64,000 nucleotides of DNA. Origin: Gammaproteobacteria bacterium (lineage in GTDB: Bacteria > Pseudomonadota > Gammaproteobacteria > Eutrophobiales > Eutrophobiaceae). Shown here one piece after another: positions 12,334-19,765 of this stretch (its first letter is position 1; each line of letters begins with the position of its first letter). The notes under the pieces are model-generated. The model did no database searches, had not been told where the DNA came from, and saw only the letters and a list, made by a program, of their open reading frames with translations. The stretch covers positions 1,995 to 65,994 of the forward strand of contig JBBDSH010000091.1 of the NCBI GenBank assembly GCA_040905045.1, in the 5' to 3' direction. Position numbers and translations under genes: made by a program.

Positions 12334-14367
12334 CTACCATCGCCAGGTCACCCTGCCGAAGACGGAACGCGGGATCCGGCTCGCGGCTCCGAACAGGTTG
12401 CCGGGTTCGGTATGGTTGTCTTCCAGAAGATTGCGCGCATAAAGATCCAGTGACAAATCCGGCAGCGGCCGCCAGCCCAGGTGCAGATCGAGACGCAGGT
12501 AATCGTCCACGTTCAGGGCCGGTATCCGATCCACATAGAACAGCGACACATCGGCCTCGACGTTGCGCGCCAGATCCAGGTAGGAGCGGATCTGGAACTG
12601 CTGCTGGGGACTGCTTTTCTCGATGTCCGAGGGACCACCAAAGCCGGGCATGTCCAGTACGGCCGGATCGTCGGCGTGCAGGGCGAGTTTTTTGAATGAG
12701 TAGGAGGCCTCCATGCGCCAGTGTTCATTGGCCCGCCAGTGCAGCACCCCCTCCAGACCGTAGATCTCCCCGTGCATGAGGTTGTCCGCCTGAAAGCCGA
12801 ACAGCAGGTGCGGGGGCGGCGGCTCGGTCTCGAACACGGGAGGCAGCGCGGTGCCGGCCAGGAGCTTGTCGTAATCGAAATAAAAGGCGGTGACATCCAG
12901 GGACAAATTATTCGTGATCTTCGGACGGTAGCCCAGTTCCCAGGCGATCAGTTCCTCGGACTCCAGATCGAGGTTGGGCAGGGATGAGAACAATACCGGC
13001 GGCGTACCGGGCAGCATGGCGAAGTTGAAGCGCACCCGCCGATCCGAAGGCGCCGGGGTGCGCACGGCCCGGGAAACCGAGGCCCAGACGGCGTGATTCT
13101 CGTGGGGATGCCACAGCAGGCGCAGGTTGGGCTGATATTCGAAGCCGGTGATGTCGTTGTGCTCGAACTTGGAACCCAGGGTCACGCGCAGGGTGTCCGT
13201 CAGGTCGATATCCGACTGCAGGAAGCCGGTAAACCAGTTGAGATCCTGTCCCAGGGGGTCGGGGTCCAGGGCCAGGGAAGCCTGGCTGTCGTAACTGAGA
13301 AGCCGGTAGCCCAGTCCCCAGATCAGATCCATGCGCTCATGGACGGACAGTTCATGCTCGAATTCCACGTCCCAGGTTTTTGTATCGAAGGTGGCGATGA
13401 TACTTTCTGCATCCAGCCAGTCGAAATAGGACTGCAGGGAGACCCGGCCGGCGTGATCGGTCTCGCGTTCCCAGCGAACCAGGACATTGCCGCCGTACTG
13501 CTCGGTGGTGTCCACGGCGGGCAGCGGCTGGAAAAAAGAGGTCAAGGGCAGAAAGGACAGGGTATCGAATTCATTGCGGAAGAAATCGCCCTGGACGGTA
13601 ACCGCGTCACGGGAGGTGGGGCGCCAGTCCAGACGGCCGCCCAACTGGCCCAGTTGCCAGTCGTCCCGGGCGTCGGATCCGTCCGACAACTCCAGACTGC
13701 CGTGATCGGAATACTTGCCATAGACCCGGTAATGGGCGTTCCGGCCCAGTTCGCCGCCGTAGCGCAGGGAACCGATAACATCGCCCTCGCTGCCCGCGCC
13801 CGCCTGCACCTGTCCGCCCTGGGTGTTTTCCGCCGACTTGGTAATGATATTGATGACGCCGTTGACGGCATTGGCACCCCACAGGGTGCCGCCCGGGCCG
13901 CGGATCACTTCGATGCGATCGATGTCCGACAGCAGGGCATCGTGCTGATTCCAGAAGACACCGGCATTCAGCAGGGAATAAATACTGCGGCCGTCGATCA
14001 ATACCAGTAATTTATTAAACGGCAGTCCGCGAATGGTCACGGACCACTGGTTGTTTGTGGCCCGGGCCACGTCCACGCCCGGCGCCAGACGCAGGGCCTC
14101 CGCCAGGGTGGTGACACCGGAACGGCGGATATCCTCGCCGGATATGACGTAGATGGCCGTGGTGGCCTCGTGCAGTTGCTGGGGTCTCTTGGCGGCCGAG
14201 GTCACCTCCACATCCATGAGGGACTCCAGGGACATGGCCGTCAGGTCGGACTGGGCGGCGGCGTGGACCGGAATACTGAAGACCGCCGACAATAGCCAGA
14301 AGGCGGTGTCAAGATTGCGTTTGACCCCGCCTCTGAACAGCCATGGTTTTGGTAAATCCCCGTTCAT
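12334..14367 (-). CDS. TonB-dependent outer-membrane receptor
   Basis: 677 aa. It has a signal peptide, a plug region (AIYVISGEDIRRSGVTTLAEALRLAPGVDV, IEVIRGPGGTLWGANAVNGVINIITK) and a beta-barrel ending in the aromatic terminus TWRW. Confidence 0.85.
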   Translation of the reverse strand: MNGDLPKPWLFRGGVKRNLDTAFWLLSAVFSIPVHAAAQSDLTAMSLESLMDVEVTSAAKRPQQLHEATTAIYVISGEDIRRSGVTTLAEALRLAPGVDVARATNNQWSVTIRGLPFNKLLVLIDGRSIYSLLNAGVFWNQHDALLSDIDRIEVIRGPGGTLWGANAVNGVINIITKSAENTQGGQVQAGAGSEGDVIGSLRYGGELGRNAHYRVYGKYSDHGSLELSDGSDARDDWQLGQLGGRLDWRPTSRDAVTVQGDFFRNEFDTLSFLPLTSFFQPLPAVDTTEQYGGNVLVRWERETDHAGRVSLQSYFDWLDAESIIATFDTKTWDVEFEHELSVHERMDLIWGLGYRLLSYDSQASLALDPDPLGQDLNWFTGFLQSDIDLTDTLRVTLGSKFEHNDITGFEYQPNLRLLWHPHENHAVWASVSRAVRTPAPSDRRVRFNFAMLPGTPPVLFSSLPNLDLESEELIAWELGYRPKITNNLSLDVTAFYFDYDKLLAGTALPPVFETEPPPPHLLFGFQADNLMHGEIYGLEGVLHWRANEHWRMEASYSFKKLALHADDPAVLDMPGFGGPSDIEKSSPQQQFQIRSYLDLARNVEADVSLFYVDRIPALNVDDYLRLDLHLGWRPLPDLSLDLYARNLLEDNHTEPGNLFGAASRIPRSVFGRVTWRW

Positions 14368-14746
14368 CGTCTACCGATCAGATGGAAAGCGGAATGGATG
14401 GCTTCGTCCTGCCGACCCATGATAACAGCCGGAAAGAGTATAATTACACGCATTACTCTAACTATCCTATAATTTCAGGGAACTCGTTACACAACATTTT
14501 CGGAACCTTGCCAAACAGTTATCATCCTGCCTCCGGCATCGTCGAAAAGCGTAGCGGAATCATTGCTGTACTGATAACCTACTGAATTAAAACATATTTT
14601 ATGACATCTCAGACATCCATCAAGCGCCCGGGGCATTTTTTGTTATCCCTCTCCCTACCCATCGTGGCGCGTCGTTGTGATTGTTTTGAGACATCTCATG
14701 GACCCGGATCGCCCGCCCGGACACACGCACCGGGGACCGGAAACCT

Positions 14747-15154
14747 GTGACAGGGATTTTCCAACGGCACGGTCTCGTTTTGGCGCTGATCTGTCTGATG
14801 ACGGGCTGTGCGACGTTCTCCGGCACCAGAACGGACAAGGATTTCGAAACCTATGCAAAAGATGTATTCCGGCATCAGAACCGGATAGGCAATCAACTGC
14901 TTTTCCTGATCATGGATAACAACGACGATGAACGGCTGCTGCAGGCGGAACAGCGTCTGCTGGATGCCTGTCAGGAATTGAATAACATGGCAATCAGAAA
15001 GATGCAGAGACAGGGGACCAATCCCATCACCAAGTACAAAACCAGGCTGTCCGTGAAGGAATGCGATCAAACCTCCCGGGATGTCGAACTGCTTTTGAAA
15101 AAGCATTACTTCCCCGCCGACCATACCCGGCGGAACGAACAGCCGGCGGAATGA
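14747..15154 (+). CDS. hypothetical lipoprotein
   Basis: 135-aa ORF with a GTG start. It has a signal peptide with a lipobox-like LMTGC. I recognise no family. Confidence 0.45.
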   Translation: MTGIFQRHGLVLALICLMTGCATFSGTRTDKDFETYAKDVFRHQNRIGNQLLFLIMDNNDDERLLQAEQRLLDACQELNNMAIRKMQRQGTNPITKYKTRLSVKECDQTSRDVELLLKKHYFPADHTRRNEQPAE

Positions 15155-15195
15155 TACACTCGTCCCAATAAATCCGTAAGCTGATTAACTCTTCC

Positions 15196-16188
15196 ATGGC
15201 ACTACTGACCCGCATCGGCCTGTTGCTCGGGCTTCTGTTGCTGATTGCCCTGATCCTCTGGCAGGGAGCGATGGAGGTATTCCGGCTGCTGATGGATTCC
15301 GGCTGGCATCTGTTGTGGCTGCCGCTGGTCTGGCTGCCCTATTTCCTTCCCATCACCGAATCCTGGCGCTATCTGTTCAGGCCGGGTGAGGCCCCGGGCT
15401 TCAGGCACGCCCTGCTGGCCACCTGGATAGGCCGGGCCGTCAATAATACCCTGCCCGTAGCCTCCATCGGCGGTGAAGTGGTCAAGGCCCGGCTGCTGAC
15501 CATATGGGGATACAGCGGCATCCGCGCCAGCAGCTCGGTGATTGTCGATAAGACAGTCCAGGTGATTGCCGTTGTCCTGTGGGGACTGATCGGTGTCATC
15601 CTGCTGCTGGCCCTGTCGCTGGACGACAGACTCGCATTATACGCACTGGGCGGCTTCGGTTTCCTGACCCTCAGTGCGGCGGGCCTGTTCTACTTCCAGC
15701 GCGCCGGCATGTTCGGTTTTCTCGCGCACCACGGCGGGAAAATGCTGAAGGTGGAAGGCTGGGAGGGTGTTGCCCTGAGTGCCCGGGAAGTGGATGCTAA
15801 TGTCTACGAATCCTACCTGCGGCACCGGCGTTTCGTGCTTGCCTGCCTGGTAAAGGCCTTCGGACTGGCCCTGCAAACGGGGGAGGTCTGGCTCGGCTGC
15901 TACCTCCTGGGGCACCCGATCAGCATTGTGGAAGCCATTATGCTGAAGAGTCTCACCTCCACCCTGAGCGATATCGCCTTCATCGTTCCCAATGCCTACG
16001 GCATACAGGAAGGCCTGTTTATCGCCCTGGGTTCGCTCATCGGGCTGGATCCGGCCGTGTCCCTGGCCCTTTCCCTGGCATTGCGAATACGCGATTTGCT
16101 CCTGGATCCGGCGGGATTGCTGGCCCTGCATCATTTCGAGAGCCGGCATTTCATTAAACGTAACGGGGCAGCGTCCGGCGAACCTTGA
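15196..16188 (+). CDS. flippase-like / lysylphosphatidylglycerol-synthase-TM-region family membrane protein (hopanoid-associated HpnL-like)
   Basis: 330 aa and polytopic. NNTLPVASIGGEVVKARLL matches the UPF0104 family signature. It lies next to squalene synthase, hpnG and hpnN. Confidence 0.6.
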   Translation: MALLTRIGLLLGLLLLIALILWQGAMEVFRLLMDSGWHLLWLPLVWLPYFLPITESWRYLFRPGEAPGFRHALLATWIGRAVNNTLPVASIGGEVVKARLLTIWGYSGIRASSSVIVDKTVQVIAVVLWGLIGVILLLALSLDDRLALYALGGFGFLTLSAAGLFYFQRAGMFGFLAHHGGKMLKVEGWEGVALSAREVDANVYESYLRHRRFVLACLVKAFGLALQTGEVWLGCYLLGHPISIVEAIMLKSLTSTLSDIAFIVPNAYGIQEGLFIALGSLIGLDPAVSLALSLALRIRDLLLDPAGLLALHHFESRHFIKRNGAASGEP

Positions 16189-16211
16189 TAGAGTCTGTAT
16201 AATCAATCTGC

Positions 16212-16622
16212 TGAATCCGTGTAGAACATGAGGTCATAACGCAGACACGCGGTAAAACCATCCCCCGGATCAAGTCCTGTCTCTTCTACATAAATAACTG
16301 GATGCCGGATAGCGCTGAACAGCGCGCTTCCGGCATGACGGCTTCGGGGTGCCGTCATACCGGCCGTCGAGTTTGGACTTAGCCTGCCCCGGCATGCTGT
16401 TAGCCGGGGAGAGCCGGTATCCATAGGTTGTTTCACCATGCAGAGTATTCCATATACATCATTATAAGATTAGATTTAATCTGCCTCGGAAAATGTGTAG
16501 AAGAGACTGGGATCATGCCTGCCCCGGCCAACGAGCCGGGGTCCGGGGCAGGCTCTGTAGCTCGAATGCGGCATCCGGCCCGCTCGGTCTGCTTATATTT
16601 CCTCGGGCTGTACACGGATTCA
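16212..16622. repeat. nested inverted-repeat (REP/MITE-like) composite element
   Basis: A 12-bp perfect IR, TGAATCCGTGTA (16212-16223) / TACACGGATTCA (16611-16622), encloses a second 12-bp IR, GTCTCTTCTACA (16279-16290) / TGTAGAAGAGAC (16496-16507). Several GC hairpins lie inside, for example ATGACGGC..GCCGTCAT at 16335-16358. Confidence 0.75.
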
Positions 16623-16686
16623 GAAGAGCTATATAGGGCATAGTTAGTTTTACTGCGAATACGGATTTGTCATAATCCTTGCTGCA

Positions 16687-16948
16687 AGCCCGCATATTGC
16701 ACGAGGGATCGCGGATGCTCGCGCCGCTCGCAGCGTGATCCGGCGCCGCTATGGAACTCAAGTCGTAGCAGGAACTACGACATGAGTGAAGAGCAAGCCG
16801 GGCGCGCGAGAGCCAGCGAGCGCCGCGATAGCGAGAAGTGGAGTGGGACGAATTGTACTTGAATACCTTCTGCTGGATAGCGACCGAAGTTTATGATTAA
16901 GCAAGTTTTTTATCTCCACTTCGCGCGCCCTCGTGCAATATGCGGGCT
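16687..16948. repeat. 21-bp perfect inverted repeat pair flanking a 220-nt structured insert
   Basis: AGCCCGCATATTGCACGAGGG (16687-16707) is the exact reverse complement of 16928-16948. The interior holds further hairpins (GTCGTAG..CTACGAC). The right arm contains the first ATG (16940) of the squalene synthase ORF. Confidence 0.8.
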
Positions 16949-18034
16949 AACCCGTACGGAAAAATAATGAACCAGATACAAACAAACACGGCCGCGGAAG
17001 ATGACCTGGCCTACCAGAATAAGAGCCTGCAGGGTGTCTCAAGGACCTTCGCCCTGACCATCCCGCAGCTTCCCGATTCTCTCGTCCATGTGGTCGGCAA
17101 CGCCTACCTGCTTTGCCGCATTATCGATACCATCGAGGACGACAAGCATTTACCCATTAATGAGAAGCGCGCTTTCGCGGAACAGTTCAGCGGAGTTGTC
17201 GCCGGCCGTGACAATGCGGAGGAATTCGCCGGCAAACTCGCACCGCTGTTGTCGGAATCCGCTACAAATGATGAAAGGGATCTGATCGAGCATACGCCGA
17301 CGGTTATTCGCATAACCCACGGTTTCAATGCACGCCAGCGCGCGGCCCTGGAGCGCTGTGTCGCCATCATGGGCGACGGCATGGTGAAATACCAGGAAAG
17401 CGATGTCCGTTTTGGTCTGCCGGATCTGCCGGCCATGGACGACTACTGCTATTACGTGGCCGGTGTGGTCGGTGAAATGCTGACCGAGTTGTTCTGCGAT
17501 TACTCACAGGACATTGACGGGCACAGGAATGAATTGATGCGTCTGGCCGTCTCCTTCGGCCAGGGCCTGCAAATGACCAATATATTAAAGGACATCTGGG
17601 ACGACCGGGAACGCGGCATGTGCTGGCTGCCGCAGGATATATTTCAACAATACGGCGCCGATCTGCGTGATGTTTCACCGGAGAATATCACACCGGAATT
17701 CCAGCAGGCGCTGGGGCACTTGATCGGGGTGGCCCATGCCCATCTGGACAACGCCCTGACCTACACATTAATGATCCCCGCCGGGGAAACCGGTATCCGC
17801 CGCTTCTGTCTCTGGGCGCTGGGCATGGCCGTGCTCAATCTGCGCAAGATCAACAATCACAGGGATTATACCGCCGGCCGCCAGGTCAAGATTTCACGTC
17901 GCAGCGTCAAGGGCACGATTTTCATGACCAATCTGCTGACGCGGCATGATGCCGCCCTGCGCCGGCTGTTCGCTCTCACCGCCCGGGGCCTGCCGCTGCA
18001 AAGCCTGTCGCGGGATTCCGATACCACCAACTGA
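16940..18034 (+). CDS. sqs: squalene synthase (farnesyl-diphosphate farnesyltransferase, single-enzyme Sqs type)
   Basis: 364-aa ORF. LQGVSRTFALTIPQLP, the first Asp-rich motif RIIDTIEDD and a later DxxxD-like region match the family. Its length fits Sqs rather than the shorter HpnC/HpnD. The alternative start is ATG 16967. Confidence 0.8.
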   Translation: MRANPYGKIMNQIQTNTAAEDDLAYQNKSLQGVSRTFALTIPQLPDSLVHVVGNAYLLCRIIDTIEDDKHLPINEKRAFAEQFSGVVAGRDNAEEFAGKLAPLLSESATNDERDLIEHTPTVIRITHGFNARQRAALERCVAIMGDGMVKYQESDVRFGLPDLPAMDDYCYYVAGVVGEMLTELFCDYSQDIDGHRNELMRLAVSFGQGLQMTNILKDIWDDRERGMCWLPQDIFQQYGADLRDVSPENITPEFQQALGHLIGVAHAHLDNALTYTLMIPAGETGIRRFCLWALGMAVLNLRKINNHRDYTAGRQVKISRRSVKGTIFMTNLLTRHDAALRRLFALTARGLPLQSLSRDSDTTN

Positions 18035-18047
18035 CAGTCGAGTTCCA

Positions 18048-18758
18048 TTGAAACGGCTCGGCATTCTCACTGCACTGATACCGGAGGCCGTCTGCCTGGT
18101 GGAAAAGCCGATGACCGATCAGGTAATACAGTTATCGGACGGGATCATGCTCTATGTCTGCGGCATGGGGGCGGAGCGGGCCCGGCAGGGTGTTGCCCGG
18201 TTGCTTGAAGACGGCGCCGACTCACTCATGAGCGTGGGCACCGCCGGGGGACTGGATACGGCGCTGAACCCCGGCGATGTTCTGCTGCCGGAACACATTC
18301 TTCAGAGCGACGGCCGTCGCATGGCGGTTCATGGGCGCTGGCGCGATGCTGCAGTGACGGCATTAACCGGAGCAGAGGTTCCCGTCCACGGCGGCGATCT
18401 GTTACAGGTAAATGAAGTCATCCGGAACGCGGAGGAAAAACGGAAGTCGCATGCGCAAACCGGGGCTGTGGCGGTGGACATGGAAAGCTTTGTGGTGGCG
18501 GAGGAAGCAAACCGGTACGGCATCCCCGCCCTGGTTATTCGTGTTATTGTTGACACTGCCGATATGGTGGTACCGGATGCTGTCCTGAATTACAGCGATG
18601 TTTACGGCCGGCCGCGGATCATGGGTCTGGCGGGTTCATTATTCCTGCGGCCGCGGCAAATTGTGCAATTGTTGCATCTGGCCCGCTGTTTTCGTACAGC
18701 GGCCGGACGCCTGCAACAGGTGGGCAAGGAACTGCACCGGCTCGTCCCGCCGGCTTGA
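18048..18758 (+). CDS. hpnG: hopanoid-associated phosphorylase (PNP/MTAN nucleosidase fold, HpnG-like)
   Basis: LGILTALIPEAVCL (first beta-strand), SVGTAGGL and AVDMES motifs fit the nucleoside phosphorylase-I fold. TTG 18048 was chosen because the track ATG at 17946 would overlap sqs by 89 nt. Confidence 0.65.
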   Translation: MKRLGILTALIPEAVCLVEKPMTDQVIQLSDGIMLYVCGMGAERARQGVARLLEDGADSLMSVGTAGGLDTALNPGDVLLPEHILQSDGRRMAVHGRWRDAAVTALTGAEVPVHGGDLLQVNEVIRNAEEKRKSHAQTGAVAVDMESFVVAEEANRYGIPALVIRVIVDTADMVVPDAVLNYSDVYGRPRIMGLAGSLFLRPRQIVQLLHLARCFRTAAGRLQQVGKELHRLVPPA

Positions 18759-18858
18759 CGTACATCAAAGGGGTTGAAAATCCATCTTGTCATCACCAGA
18801 CCGCTGGTTTATAAGAACGGCCGGTATTCATGGTTCCGGAAAGGAGTGAGATAACAAC

Positions 18859-19602
18859 ATGTTGACTGAAGAACAGAAACAGGATTTTGAACGCGACGGC
18901 TTTATTGTCATCCGCGGCCTGTTCGACGAATCCGAAATGCAACGAATCACCGAGTGGACAGATGAAGTAACATCCTGGCCCGAAGTCCCCGGAAAATACA
19001 TGATGTATTTCGAAACGAGCCGGCTGCAACCGGAACAGCGCATCCTCAACCGCATGGAGGATGTGGAACCCTATCACAGGGAGTTCAGCGATCTCTTCCA
19101 GGGTGAAAAGCTGCAGGGCATCGTCGGCGAGCTGTTCGGCGAACCCGCCGTGCTGTACAAGGACAAGATCAATTTCAAGATGCCGGGTGGCGACGGCTTC
19201 AAGGCGCACCAGGACGTCCAGGCCGGCTGGGATACCTACGCCGATCTGCACATTACCGCCCTGGTCAGCATCGATGCCTCCACACCGGAAAACGGTTGTC
19301 TGGAGATGGCCGCGGGTCATCATCGCGCCGGCCTCATAGGCGACAAATGGAAACCGCTGGATGAAGACGCCCTGGTATACACGCCCGTCCCGACCGCGCC
19401 CGGCGACGCGGTGTTTTTCGATTCCTACGCCCCGCATCGTTCCAAACCCAACCTTACCGACATGCCGCGCCGTGTTCTGTACGTTACCTATAACCGGGCC
19501 TCGGAAGGCGATCACCGCCGTCAGTACTATATCGACAAACGCAAAAACTACCCGCCTGATTGCGAACGCGAGGAAGGCAGGGAATACGTTTTCCGCGTAT
19601 AA
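18859..19602 (+). CDS. phytanoyl-CoA dioxygenase (PhyH) family Fe(II)/2-oxoglutarate dioxygenase
   Basis: 247 aa. FERDGFIVIRGLF at the N-terminus, an HxD motif (AHQD) and a distal His (APHRS). AAGGAG lies 10 nt upstream of the ATG. Confidence 0.8.
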   Translation: MLTEEQKQDFERDGFIVIRGLFDESEMQRITEWTDEVTSWPEVPGKYMMYFETSRLQPEQRILNRMEDVEPYHREFSDLFQGEKLQGIVGELFGEPAVLYKDKINFKMPGGDGFKAHQDVQAGWDTYADLHITALVSIDASTPENGCLEMAAGHHRAGLIGDKWKPLDEDALVYTPVPTAPGDAVFFDSYAPHRSKPNLTDMPRRVLYVTYNRASEGDHRRQYYIDKRKNYPPDCEREEGREYVFRV

Positions 19603-19765
19603 TCAACCCATCCCGGATAAAACCAACCGGACAAATCCTGGTCTCACCCGGGGAGGCCGGACACCGGCGTCCCGCCGTTACAATGGGTTTAATCAGTAAT
19701 TCGTATAATCCATGTCCTGAACGTATTCGACGGACAGCAGAATAATCAAAAACCAGTTCTTCAAG

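Noticed and set aside
14400-14470. A possible Fur box or operator upstream of the TonB-dependent receptor (CATGATAAC; GAGTATAATTACACGCATTACTC).
   Set aside because: There are only partial matches to the 19-bp Fur consensus and the palindrome is imperfect. This is not enough to call a site without a scoring matrix.
16694-16702. A shared 9-mer, ATATTGCAC, between the sqs-leader repeat arm and the phasin-promoter palindrome spacer (25925-25933).
   Set aside because: It is a single short match with different flanks, so it is most likely chance.
16687-16948. A retron msr/msd-like locus: two long inverted repeats bracketing about 220 nt of structured sequence.
   Set aside because: There is no reverse transcriptase ORF downstream or anywhere in the window. 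The flanking genes are hpnL-like and sqs. The window is full of similar hairpin elements, so a MITE or leader structure is the simpler explanation.
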